Below are positions 1-12,076 of a DNA stretch of 64,000 bases, one piece after another. The notes below the pieces were generated by a model. That model made no database searches, had not been told where the DNA came from, and saw only the letters and a list, made by a program, of their open reading frames with translations. The position numbers and the translations under genes are program-made. The stretch is taken from positions 1-64,000 of the forward strand of contig BROI01000029.1 in assembly GCA_027923505.1 (NCBI GenBank). Direction: 5' to 3'. This DNA comes from Mayamaea pseudoterrestris. Taxonomy: Eukaryota. Within the stretch, counting starts at the first letter, position 1; the number at the start of each line of letters is the position of its first letter.

Positions 1-798
1 CCACACCATAAGATCAAGCAGCTTTTAGTACCGAGCAAGGTGCCGCCAACGACGGCACAGCAGGGTGGAATGATCGAGTATATTCGGCAAGAGCAAGCGG
101 CAGGTATTTCATATTATCAGTCACCATGCATTGGCATTCCGCGTACAACGTTTGGAGCGGATGAGAGCTCTTTTGAAACGACAAGAAAATACATTCCCGA
201 GCGTCTTGTGAATGATAGTCGAATAGCACCAGCATCGCAACTTGACACTATTCGCTTCCGTAAACATGCCGGCCGGAACGACTTTGTCAAGAACGCGCTC
301 GGCAAGGTCATCATGGACGTTTCGAGGATTGACATGGTGGCCTCGCCAAAATTCATGTCGCTTCATCGGCCAATTAAATCTATATGCGCCACGCCCTGGC
401 ACAATGATTGGGACGTTGGCTTGCGGATCAATCACTACCTTGGTTCCTGGGAGAGTTACACGATTCGCGACGACTGTCGCAAGGGCGGCGAGCGATCTTG
501 GGAACAGTGGGAGTACAAGGCCACGACGAATGGAGAGTATGAAGACGATATAATACAGCCTTGGCTAAAAGGTTTCGTCGAAGCCGAAGGAGAAGAAGAA
601 GCGACCCGACTACTCGCCAAGGCGGGCCTACCGGAGGGATACAAGAACACGAACATTGACGCATGGAGGCTGCATCCAGACAAGCTTAATGCGATTCTCA
701 CAGAGCCCGAGGTTGTTTCTAACGACGGTAAGAGGGTCGCCTTTGATCGATGGGTGCGAAATAAGTATGGGACGCGAAGCGACTTGGCAAATGCATAG
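1..798 (+). CDS. 3' part of a protein truncated by the window edge, possibly glycosyltransferase family 92/DUF23-like
   Basis: Frame open from base 1 to TAG at 796-798. Motifs GKVIMDVSRI, SLHRP and LRINHYLGSWESY resemble, from memory, the C-terminus of diatom GT92-like proteins. Confidence 0.5.
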   Translation, partial: PHHKIKQLLVPSKVPPTTAQQGGMIEYIRQEQAAGISYYQSPCIGIPRTTFGADESSFETTRKYIPERLVNDSRIAPASQLDTIRFRKHAGRNDFVKNALGKVIMDVSRIDMVASPKFMSLHRPIKSICATPWHNDWDVGLRINHYLGSWESYTIRDDCRKGGERSWEQWEYKATTNGEYEDDIIQPWLKGFVEAEGEEEATRLLAKAGLPEGYKNTNIDAWRLHPDKLNAILTEPEVVSNDGKRVAFDRWVRNKYGTRSDLANA

Positions 799-858
799 TA
801 TCAGTTGCTGGCGCTATGGCTATGGTTATATACTTTTGCATAAACAAACAGTTAAGTA

Positions 859-3081
859 TCACAGCTCGTCTCTAGTCTCGTTCAGCAGTTGACTGCGAAC
901 AGTGTCGAGATTTAGGCTCAATTTTGGCTGATTCGTCTCGTCGCTGCCAGTTTCAGGTGCCTGCTTCGTCTTTGCTCGTTGTTGCTGGAATATTGTTGGT
1001 CCATTTTCCTCTATTCGCTTGAGTTGAAGAACTTTTCGTATTGGTGCCGTGGCCTGGTTGTCTGAGTCAACCGGCGGCGATGTAATCTTTATTGGATCCT
1101 GCACGATGTTTTCCATTAACTCAATACCCATAGAATCAGCGCCTCGCGAAAGGGGATTCTGACCTTCCGGTACCACATTACGAAACACTTCGATTGCTTG
1201 ATTGAAATACAAAACACTTTCCTTGAACTCTCCACTTGAAAATTTGACAATCGCCATATTGTACAGCAAATCAGCTAAGCTTTCATCCTCTTCCGCGGCA
1301 TTCTTACGAAATAGAAAGAGTGCCTGACTCATATGACTGGTAGCTTGATAAAGATCACCGTTCGACATGTATAAGTATCCAAGTGTCGAATGAATGGCGC
1401 TCACATACATTTCATTGGCGTCGACTGGAATTCCTTCGTTTTCGCCATTGTATCCGGAGACTTCTTCAGGTAGGTCGACGCCGCCGTAGCTGAGCATTTT
1501 GTATTCTTCCAAAATGTCTTCGTATTGCTCGATTGTGCCATCCGTTCCCGGAAACTTGTATGCTTCGCCAACGTTCTTCGACGGACTAATGCCATGTGCC
1601 GCATACCAATCCATGGCTTTGTGGTAGTACATCGAGGCCTTTTCATATTCCGCTTGCTGCAAAAATGCTCGGGACAACCAAACCAGTAGATTCGCCATAC
1701 TTTGATAAGCGTCTTGCAGGTCCACTGGCTGTAAATGCTGCTGAGATTCAAGTATTTCGTAGTAGACGGTCAACGCTTGTTCGCCATCCTCCGTGCCGCC
1801 CGCAAGTTGGTGAAGCGCAATCTTATTTTCGCCCATGTGTTGCAGTGCAGACGCAAGATTGACTTGATACAAGACAATCTCCGCGGGATGAATGTTCTTG
1901 TCACGGGACTTGAACGACTCAAGGGCGGAACGAAAAAACTCTGCACCTTGCTCAAAGTATTGCTGGCTCGCGTGAATACTATTCGTCATGTCTTTCATGC
2001 TAGCCGTATACCGTTTTAGAATCTCATTCTGTTGAACTTCGTCAGAAAGTTCCTCGACAAGAGTTCCCGCAGTGTATTGTTCGTATTCAAGTTGGATATT
2101 TTGAGTGACGCTCATTTGCAGCACACCGAGTCGCACCAGCGACTGTCCCCAGTAGTAGGCTGCATCAAGCCGGTCACCACTTGCATATTCGGCAAATCCA
2201 TCTTGTTCTTCATCATATGCCAAGTCATCGACCACTTGGGCATCCTTGCAGAACCGAAAGAGTTCCATAGCCTCCATCATGTATTCCTTGGCATGTGGCC
2301 GCTTGCTTTCGTCAAAGTATGCCACAAGACTCCAAAGATCGCTCATGTGAAAGTACAGGTGCGCCAACAGGTTCGAATGTACAAGTTCAGACTGCACTTG
2401 CTGCACAGATTCTTCGTTGCGAGAAATGCTGGCGAGTTGCTTGCGATGCACTTGGACGGCCTGCTCCAAGGCATTCATTGATTGATCCGTCAACAAGTCA
2501 ACTCGTTTCATGTCAAAGGTTGCAGATTGGCCACTCGTTTGTCGATACTCGTCGCACTCTTCCATGTACTCCTGCAGTAGTGCCTGATGCGCAAGGCCAA
2601 TGGTGATCAAGACTTGTGCTTGATCCGTCGGGGTCACAGCATGACGTGCTGACTGGGCGTTGAACTCGAGTCGAATGAGACTGGAAGAAATGTCGTAAGG
2701 ATATTGTGCGTATGGCTTGTTGTATCGAATGCGACCAATCGTAATGCCACTGACGTCGTGAGTGTAGGTGGATGAAGGTGGCGCAGTCTGTTGCTCTTCG
2801 TGGCTCTTGTCGTTCCGTCGAACATTTTCCGTCAGGAATACTTCTGCCTTCACGCATACGGACTCATCATTCACTGTCAGACAATCTTCTAGCTTTAGTT
2901 TGTTGTTGTTTTTGCTATTTATTTGCTCCAACTGGAGAGTAAAGCTGCAAGTGATGGATCCGTCCTCGGCGGATCGACAGTCGAATGACTCCATTCGTGT
3001 CACCTCGGATGCAGTGACACAAAGTCGAGCCAGAGCAAGGAAGAGTCCTATTGGACCTCTTCTTATTTTCGTCGGCGTCAT
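859..3081 (-). CDS. Secreted/ER TPR-like helical repeat protein
   Basis: Long ORF. Likely ATG at 3081 (MTPTKIRRGPIGLFLALARLCVTASE, signal-peptide-like). TPR-like segments (HSTLGYLYMSNGDLYQATSHMSQAL, ADLLYNMAIVKFSSGEFKESVLYFNQAI). C-terminal RDEL resembles an ER-retention signal. Confidence 0.7.
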   Translation of the reverse strand: MTPTKIRRGPIGLFLALARLCVTASEVTRMESFDCRSAEDGSITCSFTLQLEQINSKNNNKLKLEDCLTVNDESVCVKAEVFLTENVRRNDKSHEEQQTAPPSSTYTHDVSGITIGRIRYNKPYAQYPYDISSSLIRLEFNAQSARHAVTPTDQAQVLITIGLAHQALLQEYMEECDEYRQTSGQSATFDMKRVDLLTDQSMNALEQAVQVHRKQLASISRNEESVQQVQSELVHSNLLAHLYFHMSDLWSLVAYFDESKRPHAKEYMMEAMELFRFCKDAQVVDDLAYDEEQDGFAEYASGDRLDAAYYWGQSLVRLGVLQMSVTQNIQLEYEQYTAGTLVEELSDEVQQNEILKRYTASMKDMTNSIHASQQYFEQGAEFFRSALESFKSRDKNIHPAEIVLYQVNLASALQHMGENKIALHQLAGGTEDGEQALTVYYEILESQQHLQPVDLQDAYQSMANLLVWLSRAFLQQAEYEKASMYYHKAMDWYAAHGISPSKNVGEAYKFPGTDGTIEQYEDILEEYKMLSYGGVDLPEEVSGYNGENEGIPVDANEMYVSAIHSTLGYLYMSNGDLYQATSHMSQALFLFRKNAAEEDESLADLLYNMAIVKFSSGEFKESVLYFNQAIEVFRNVVPEGQNPLSRGADSMGIELMENIVQDPIKITSPPVDSDNQATAPIRKVLQLKRIEENGPTIFQQQRAKTKQAPETGSDETNQPKLSLNLDTVRSQLLNETRDEL

Positions 3082-3328
3082 CTTGTGTCTTGTAGGATTA
3101 GTATGCCAAATGAAGAGTGTATGTCGCTCATTTCTCGTGATGATTGTGACATTGGAGCGAATGCGATGAGCCTCATTCTTAGTACCGGTATGACCTAGAA
3201 CCGGTACTCGTTGGAGACTGCTTCGCGCTTCGCAGATTTCGTCCATGGCAGAACCGCACAGATTTGGGGCAGCGGAGCAACCTATGTCATGGACAATCTC
3301 TGCAGTTTGTGAATGAGACACTTGAAAA

Positions 3329-5841
3329 ATGGATGATGATGACATTGCCGAGCTTTGGGGAGAGGAGGTGAGAAGAATGGCTTGCTAGCGGCACGTAGAT
3401 CATCAGTAGGAGAGAGTGCATGTTCGATGTTCGTTACTTCTCAGCTTGAGGCAATCTGTCTCATCTCATTCCTTTCGTTTGAAACATATTTTTTCCAGCC
3501 TGACTGGGTTCGCGAATTTAAAGCGACTTCCGAGGATGACGATGAAGCAACCGGAGAGGATGAGGATGCGGACGAATTAGCTCCGGCCCAGCACGTCATG
3601 GTGCTCATTGACTGCGCTCCATCCATGTTTCAAGACTTGAATGCAACGAATGATGCCGACAATGCTCAAACTGATTTTGACTCCACAAGGACTAGTATGA
3701 CTGCCATGGACTGGAGCCTCCAGGCGTTCAAGCAACTTTATCGCGACGCCATGAAGTCGGCGGTCATTCACAAAGCCGGCAAGCGGAATGGAATTGGCGC
3801 TCTTTTGTACAATACTCGCGCCAGAGAGCCTCTCGTCATGGATCAAGTCAAAAAGAAGCTACTTGTAAAGGAAGAAAAGGCAGAGCATGATGAAAGTGAC
3901 GACACGGACGACGATGACTATGACAGCTCCATTTCAAGGATTGATACAGTGCATGAACTCGTACCACTAGACATTCCAAACACGCCCATGCTCCAGCGAG
4001 TCTTGGCTACAATGCCGGATCAAATCACTCATGAACGTCGAATTGATATAGAGGCAGAATTCGGACATGTCAAGAGCGACTGTGCCGATGATGTTGATGA
4101 CTACAAGTATGACTCTCATGTTCAGCTGCCCATTTATCGAGGCCTCGAACAAGCCAAAAAAATTCTTGATGCGGCCAAATGCGTTCGACACAAGCCGAAC
4201 AAGGTCAAGGGCAAAATGACTATGCCACCCGACTCGATGCAGATTTGGATACTTACGAATCAAGACAAGGACCCTTGCCATGGTGATGCGGAAATGTTGG
4301 CCAAAATCAAGGAGCGCATTGAAGAGTTGGATCCGATCAAGGTCTACATTTGGCAGCTACCGACGATCGAAATGATGGTGCCGGATATTGCAGAAGATAT
4401 GGAGGACGCGACTGAGCACGAGTGCGCTGATCTTGTCTGCAAGCTGATTCCTAATCCATTCATTACAAACGTTGGAATGGTTCGACCGAGGCAGTCTGAG
4501 GAGGCGCCCCTGGATCAGGACAATTTCACTCGCGTCACTTTTCGTCTCAACTTGAACCTCCGACCCTCGTTCAGTGTCCCGTTGCTTCTGCCGAATTGGA
4601 AAAGTAACCCAGATTACCCTGGAATCCAGCTTGACTTGTACAAAATTGTCAAAAAGGCATCCAAGCCGACTGCGTTGCGCTTCCATAACGAGACTGGACA
4701 ACTCATGGCGCGCACCACCAAGATTACGACGGAGAATGAGCTAATTGAGGTTGGCGAGTCGATTACTGGACACGGCTATCGTCAAATTCTGCCGGAGGAT
4801 CGGATTAAGCTGTTTGCACCATTGCGCGGCGGCAAGGACAATCCACTTTACGTGGAGATGCGTCCGAACGACCTTGTTGTTATGAAACGAGCATGCAATG
4901 GCAATCCTGACTTTGCTAGTCTTGTTCTCAGTGGATTCAAGCCGCGTGATCGGGTTCGTTTCTTTGATTCCATTGGCGAATGCTACTTTATGTACCCGCA
5001 AGAGTCCAAAGTCGCTGGCAGCAGCAAAGCCTTTGCGCAACTTTTTTACGCAATGCAGCGAAAGAATGTTTTGGCTGTTGGCGAAATGTTGACACGCGTG
5101 TCAGCCACGTCTCGTTGCGTCGCCTTTTGGCCCGTCACTAATGACGGAACTTCGAACCTGCCGCCTCAAGAAGGAATGGTTATGGTGTATCTGCCGTTTC
5201 AAGACGAGTGTCGCACCTTGCCCCCGGATAAAGATTACGCGGCTCGTATGAGCAGCGGCGGCCAGTTGGATGCGATGGATGTCGTTGGACCTGATCCAGT
5301 GGTTAGCCATGACGTGGCTTTGTCGTCATCATCCGCTCCTGCCTTCGTATCAAGTGCACTTGTGGATGCGACGGTTGAATTAATCAAGAAGCAGTCTTTG
5401 AATGACCGTGTCTTGGGCGTGGACTTTGAGAATGCTTACATTACCGAATTTTACAACTACTTGGAGAGCCAATCTCTTGGCACCCATTGGGAGCCGACCA
5501 ACGATTACGATACGATTATGACGGAGGAGCACGAACGAGCTATTCTGGATGCAGTTGGCGAACAAATCGAGGCTATCAAGAATCTTTTACCCGACGACGA
5601 AAAGGCGACTGGCAAGCGGAAGTCAGTGGTGTCGGCCGATCCCGACGCGGATGATACTGGCATTGACTGGGAGCAGGAGTTTGGTGACGGGCGAATCGGC
5701 AAGGTCACTGTCCCCAATTTGAAAAAGTACTGCCAAGCGCATGGCTTGACTCGGACGGGCAACAAAGGTGATCTTGTCCAACGTGTGTGCGACCATATTG
5801 CTGAGCGCCGAGCTGCGTACAAGGCAGTCAAGCAAGAATGA
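3329..5841 (+). CDS. KU70: Ku70 (non-homologous end-joining DNA end-binding subunit); 2 exons: 3329-3367, 3499-5841
   Basis: Acidic N-terminus, vWA start (VMVLIDCAPSMF), Ku core (LVLSGFKPR, YFMYPQESKVAGSSKAFAQL, VYLPFQDECR) and C-terminal SAP domain (KVTVPNLKKYCQAHGLTRTGNKGDLVQRV). GTGAG...TTCCAG intron 3368-3498 joins exon 1 (MDDDDIAELWGEE) in frame. Confidence 0.88.
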
Positions 5842-5965
5842 GGTGCGTTGCAAGTAGATATAAAAGGCGAATGTCGCCTGCCCTTGGGTCAAGACATTTT
5901 GGTCAAGTAGTTTACCACGACAGAGAGTTGGTGTAATTTCCATAGTTTCATTCATTTATATACAA

Positions 5966-7168
5966 TTATCTTCTACGTTTGCGCATGACCGCAAGATAGC
6001 CCTCATCATTGTCCCTGATGGAACCATCAACAGCCGGTGCAAACACAAGTTCAAGCCCAACGCTCTCGCCTAAGTTGGCAAGCTCTTTCTCGTCTGGAAG
6101 CTTTCTCTTGACCAGAACAGGATTTGCTTCAGCCTGCTTGGAGACATGGATGCCACCCTGCGGGTGGACAACCACCAACGTTCCGTTTATTCGCAGCAGA
6201 CTTGCAGCTCTGCCGAGTGCGGCTAGTGGATCAGGAAAGTCGTGGAGCGCTGCGCAAAAGATAATGCCATCAAATTCTGCACTGCTGGTATATTCATGGA
6301 CAAAATCTGCGGCGTGAAACTCAACGTTGGGAAAGAGCTCTTGCGCATTGCGAATCATTTCTTCACTCAAATCGACGCCGCATATTTGCGCTGGCTTCAG
6401 ATTCACCTTCATGAGATGCGGAACAAGAGCACCATATCCGCAACCAACGTCGAGACATTTCGCAGTGTCGTCTCCGACGATTGATTCGGCCACGACAGCG
6501 CAGGCTCGATCAACTCGTTGCGCAATGTCGCTCGGCATGCTTCCAATGATACTCCGGGCAGCCTTTGCATCGGCGGATGCGTCCCACGTAGCTCTTTGTA
6601 ACGCATTGTGAATATCGTCTTCGGTGATGGAATGCTCCGCTAAAAGCTCGGCTAGCATTGCTTTGGCCCGATGCGAGCCTTGTAATTCCTGCTCGTTCAT
6701 GCTCGCTTGTTGAAGGAGCGAGAGTCTCGCCATTTGTGCATCCCATTGCTTGATTTGCTTATATAATTGCACTGCCATGTTCATGTGAGGTGGCAGACTT
6801 TGAATCGTATGTTCGATGCGTCGTTGGGTCGTTTGTGCAATTTCCTGTGTCGACGTTCCACCGTATGTTTCCTCAAGCTTCTTCAAGATGGCTTGTTTCG
6901 ATGGTCGCTTGGATTTTCGAGGATTTGCTGACCCAAAACCACTAGGTTTTGCTCCAGCAAAGCCTTTGGCATTTAATCTTGTCGAAAAAGCATTAGTTGA
7001 TTGTCGTAAAGGATGGTAAGGGGTATAAACTTGGTTGGCAAAGGCCGCAACATTCTGATTCGTCGTTTGCGTTCGTCCTTGACAATGAAATGCACTAGCA
7101 GCTGAAAAGACTGCAAAGAACGAAACAGCAAACCATAATGTTACTCTTTCCACTTGACAAGCTTGCAT
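5966..7168 (-). CDS. Class I SAM-dependent methyltransferase with plastid bipartite presequence
   Basis: Motif I CLDVGCGYG, GVDLSEEMI, FDGIIFCAALHDFPDP. Signal peptide ending ASA-F from the probable start MQACQ at 7168. Confidence 0.8.
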   Translation of the reverse strand: MQACQVERVTLWFAVSFFAVFSAASAFHCQGRTQTTNQNVAAFANQVYTPYHPLRQSTNAFSTRLNAKGFAGAKPSGFGSANPRKSKRPSKQAILKKLEETYGGTSTQEIAQTTQRRIEHTIQSLPPHMNMAVQLYKQIKQWDAQMARLSLLQQASMNEQELQGSHRAKAMLAELLAEHSITEDDIHNALQRATWDASADAKAARSIIGSMPSDIAQRVDRACAVVAESIVGDDTAKCLDVGCGYGALVPHLMKVNLKPAQICGVDLSEEMIRNAQELFPNVEFHAADFVHEYTSSAEFDGIIFCAALHDFPDPLAALGRAASLLRINGTLVVVHPQGGIHVSKQAEANPVLVKRKLPDEKELANLGESVGLELVFAPAVDGSIRDNDEGYLAVMRKRRR

Positions 7169-7308
7169 AGTATACGTGCTTGTTTGACATTTACAATCGC
7201 TTTTCTTTTTCATGTTTGGCGTCGCTGCCCGAGAGTGTGAAAATGCCTCGTATGTCGTCATGAGTACCGGCTGGAGTCTTTTAAGAACCGCTTTAAGATA
7301 TTGCGGTA

Positions 7309-10060
7309 GCTAGTGATGAATGCATTGCACATTCTACATCATGAAACAATGCTTGTCAACTGCCAGCTATCTATTTATACCTCTCTGGCTGATGGAGAGG
7401 GTCATGGCAGCCAGTTACTGTGGACAAGCCTGGGGCCAAGTAATTCAGGTGGTCCTACAGGCAGAACTTGGAGACTACATGGGCTAGTGATGAATGCATT
7501 GCACTTTTGACATCATGAAACAATGCCTGTCAACTGCCAGCTATCAATTTAAACCCCACTGGATGTTGGAGTGGGTTATGGCAGCCAGCTACTGTGGACA
7601 AGCCTGGGGAAACGAAATTCTGGCAGTCCCGTCACAGAACTTGGAGATGACATGGGCTAGTGATGAATGCATTGCACTTTTGACATCATGAAACAATGCC
7701 TGTCAACTGCCAGCTATCAATTTATAACCTCTCTGACTGTTGGAATGGGTTATGGCAGCCAGCTACTGTGGACAAACCTGGGGACACTATATTCTGGCAG
7801 TCCCTGTCGCAGAACTTGGAGACTACAACATGGACTAGCGATGAAAGCATTGCACTTTTGACATCATGAAACAAAGCCTGTCAACTGCCAGCTATCAATT
7901 TACACCTCTCTGGCTGTTGGAGTGGGTTATGGCAGCCATCTACTGTGGACATGCCTGGTGCCACGAAATTCAGGTGGTCCCTGTCGCAGAACTTGAAGAT
8001 TACATGGACTAGTTTGACTGCATTGCACATTCTAAATCATGAAACAATGCCTGTTAACTGCCAGCTATCAATTTATACCTCTCTGGATGTTGGAGTGGGT
8101 TATGGCAGCCAGCTACTGTGGACAAGCCTGGGGAAACGAAATTCTGGCAGTTCCTGTGGCAGAACTTGGAGACTACAGGGGCTAATGATGACTGCATTGC
8201 ACTTTTGACATCACGAAACAATGCCTGTCAACTGCCAGCTATCAATTTATACCTCTCTGGCTGCTGGAGTGGGTTATGGCAGCCAGTTACTGTGGACAAG
8301 CCTGGGGCCATGTAATTCAGGCGGTCCTACAGGCAGAACTTGGAGACTACATGCGCTAGTGATGAATGCATTGCACTTTTGACATCACGAAACAATGCCT
8401 GTCAACTGCCAGCTATCAATTTACACCTCTCTGGCTGTTAAAGTGGGTTTATGGCAGCCAGCTACTGTGGACAAGCCTGTAGCCACAAAATTCAGGCGGT
8501 CCCTGTCGCAGAACTTGGAGATTACATGGACTAGTGATGATTGCATTGCACATTCTAATCATGAAACAATGCTTGTCAAGTGCCAGCTATCAATTTATAC
8601 CTCTCTGGCTGTGGAGAGGGTCATGGCAGCCAGCTACTGTGGACAAGCCAGGAGCCACGAAATTCAGGCGATCCCTGTCGCAGAACTTGGAGATGACATG
8701 GGCTAGTGATGAATGCATTGCACTTTTGACATCATGAAACAATGCCTGTCATCTGCCAGCTATCAATTTATACCTCTCTGGCCATTGGAGAGGGTCATGG
8801 CAGCCAGCTACTGTGGACAAGCCTGGGGACACTATATTCTGGCAGTTCCTGTGGCAGAACTTGGAGACTACATGGACTAGTGATGAATGCATTGCACTTT
8901 TGACATCATGAAACAATGCCTGGCAACTGCCAGCTATCAATTTACACGTCTCTGGCTGTTGGATTGGGTTATGGCAGCCAGCTACTGTGGACAAGCCTGG
9001 AGCCACAAAATTCAGGTGGTCCCTGTCGCAGAACTTGGAGATTACATGGGCTAGTGATCAATGCATTGCACTATTGACATCACGAAACAATGCCTGTCAA
9101 CTGCCAGCTATCAATTTATACCTCTCTGGCCATTGGAGAGGGTCATGGCAGCCAGCTACTGTGGACAAGCCTGGGGCCACGAAATTCTGGCAGTTCCTGT
9201 GGCAGAACTTGGAGACTACATGGACTAGTGATGACTGCATTGCACATTCTACATCATGAAACAATGCCTGTCAACTGCAGCTATCAATTTATACCTCTCT
9301 GGCTGCTGGAGTGGGTTATGGCAGCCAGCTACTGTGGACAAGCCTGGGGCCATGTAATTCAGGCGGTCCTACAGGCAGAACTTGGAGACTACATGGGCTA
9401 GTGATGAAAGCATTGCACATTCTACATCATGAAACAATGCTTGTCAACTGCCAGCTATCTATTTATACCTCTCTGGCTGATGGAGAGGGTCATGGCAGCC
9501 AGTTACTGTGGACAAGCCTGGGGCCAAGTAATTCAGGTGGTCCTACAGGCAGAACTTGGAGACTACATGGGCTAGTGATGAATGCATTGCACTTTTGACA
9601 TCATGAAACAATGCCTGTCAACTGCCAGCTATCAATTTAAACCCCTCTGGATGTTGGAGTGGGTTATGGCAGCCAGCTACTGTGGACAAGCCTGGGGAAA
9701 CGAAATTCTGGCAGTTCCTGTGGCAGAACTTGGAGACTACAGGGGCTAATGATGAATGCATTGCACTTTTGACATCACGAAACAATGCCTGTCATCTGCC
9801 AGCTATCAATTTATACCTCTCTGGCTGCTGGAGCAGGTTATGGCAGCCAGCTACTGTGGACGAGCTGGAGCCATGTAATTCAGGCAGTCCATGTCGCAGA
9901 ACTGGGAGACTACATGGGCTAGTGATGAATGCATTGCACTTTTGACATCATGAAACAATGCCTGCCAACTGCCAATCATCAATCTACACATGATTGGCTG
10001 TTGAAGTTGGTCATGGCAGCCAGCTACTGTGGAAAAGCCTGGGACACATAAATTCTGGCT
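7309..10060. repeat. Tandem satellite array A, 174-bp monomer, ~16 copies
   Basis: Anchor TAGTGATGA (or variant) recurs at 7311, 7485, 7658, 7836, 8010, 8183, 8357, 8532, 8704, 8878, 9052, 9226, 9399, 9573, 9747, 9920, i.e. spacing 172-178, mode 174. Confidence 0.97.
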
Positions 10061-10377
10061 TTCCTAGTGTATTGTTGCACTGCTTGCACTTCGATAAGCC
10101 AAGCAGCAGCAAAGTCCATGCATCCATAACCAACAGTTTCTTATTTGCAGAGCCTACCAGTACTTGTAGTGCCACACTTTAGTAACAAAAAATGGCCCGG
10201 CTCCATTCAAAGGCAAGATGCCTCAACGGAGTGCGCCGCCAAGCAAGACAAGTGATGGCTTCGAAAGTGCTATCAATTCCATTAGCCCGCGCCTCTGGGT
10301 TGTTAAGTTTAACTTGTTGCAGCTCACTATAGGCCTATTGGCCAAAGCTATGAGTCATGAATAACTGAGCTTTCACA

Positions 10378-11859
10378 TCAAGAAATAGTAAAGGCTGAGA
10401 CTGTCGCATGGTGGAAGTCACCAAAGGTTTGTCCTAGTTTGTAGCGAGCCTTTAGTGGCAGCACATTGGCTGGAAGCGCCACACTCAAGTCTTGTACGTC
10501 ATTTAGAGACCTGGCTGGCGGAATGCTCAGCTCATGGGTAAATTCAGGTTCCATGAACAATGCCTGTGTTGTGTTTTGCGAAACAAATTGGTGAGTACGC
10601 GTTGAAGCACTTTTATAACAATCAGCTAAGTCATGTCATCGAGTCGTTCGCGCAGCATACAAAAGTCCACACGCAAACGTACAAACGATTCTCGCGTAAT
10701 GCCTGCTTGTCGTGGCGGCTTGACAGCATGTGGCTGAAACAGGAAAGCAAGTCATACTGTGAGATGTGAAGCGAGGCGAACGACGCAGACTACGTAGCCG
10801 CTCGCCGTTTGCTTGACGTACCGTCGCTTGTAAAATTCCACCCGACTGAATCTGCGACGTTTCTCCAATCTGAAAGGCGCAAGCATTGGGCGGGAGAACC
10901 GCCTTGACAACTTGACCGCTACGTGACTGAATATAGAGACCTGCATCTGCGTCCGGGCAACCACCTGCTAGTTCAATCCCATCGCTGTCCAGGTAAATGG
11001 CCGGTACGAGACCAGTCAAGGAGCCTGCAGCGACGCAGAGAGATTAAGATAAAGCCAAGTGAGTTGCATGCAGACTACAGCTACAGGACTTGCTGTATCG
11101 GTACTCACCATGATCATTGTGCCATCCGCACCACATAACGTTCGTGTCGTCGTCCATGTCGTGTTTGAAATCGTCGTCACTCATGGCAAAGTAGTGCAAG
11201 AGCCTTCCCTTGGCGTTTAGTGACTTTTGAAGTGTCTCTTGCAGCTTTAGTTCAATTCCGTGTCTGTGACAGTATGCGTCGCAAACGGCCGCCAGTAGGC
11301 AGCCAACTTGGTGGATTGTTTGGCCCATGTTGACAAAGGCTTGTTCCAACAGTGGCAGCGACTGTTTCGGCCAGACGTTCGGAGCAAAGAAATCTGGATG
11401 GTCGGCTCCCAGCTGCGTCCAGTAATCTTCATCGCTTGGCTGCTGGTCGTGTCCATGTTCTCCTGTCATAGCTGCCGCCCTTTGAATGCAGGATGCGACC
11501 AAATCATTCGTCAATGGATTCGCGTAGAACGATCCCTTGGCGGTATCTGGCCGACTCGCCGCGCCATGAATCACGAGACATTCCTTTCCATGCGACCATC
11601 CAGTCGAGTATAGTGATTTTTCGTCCACGAGAGAATCAAGGTCTGGTAAGCTTGGCAACTTTGCGGCTAATGGAAGAAGCGTTTTGCGATGCTCGTCAAA
11701 ACCTGGAACGTTTGTGACGGCAAGAATGCCAAGTCCATCAGCGCCAAACGCTTTTCCAACGGCGTCAATGAGAGTACTGGAGGATGTAGAACTGTTAGAT
11801 TCGCCAAAAGCAACGAGCTCCGCGTAGGAAATTGTCACGACGGATGCCTTGGTCGCCAT
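10378..11859 (-). CDS. 2-oxoglutarate/Fe(II) dioxygenase (IPNS-like); 4 exons: 11859-11109, 11024-10822, 10733-10683, 10563-10378
   Basis: HxD motif WCGWHNDH-GSLTGL, AGLYIQSRSG, FQIGETSQIQSGGILQAT-PHAV, TRESF-ALFMEP. Three GT-AG introns reconstruct one continuous frame. Confidence 0.85.
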
Positions 11860-12076
11860 GGTCGCAGAGATTTTGTCACGCAAAGCACTTCCATGGCGCG
11901 CCACAAGTACCGGTCCGATTTTTTTAGTACCACTCCGACTCCTTCAACGACGATCTTCCCTCCATCGCCGGCCGGTCGGTCGCCGCCATGGACGAGAGAC
12001 GACGAGAACCGCGCCGCAAACAATATCTTGTGTTTTGCTGCAGACTCCAATACATACAAATATCTTCTAATTAATC

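Noticed and set aside
7309..10060. Hammerhead ribozyme/retrozyme in the 174-bp monomer (TGATGA…GAAACAATGCCTGTC)
   Set aside because: The core reads GTGATGA rather than CTGATGA, stem II is weak and broken in CAC variants, and stem I cannot form. A covariance-model search would settle it.
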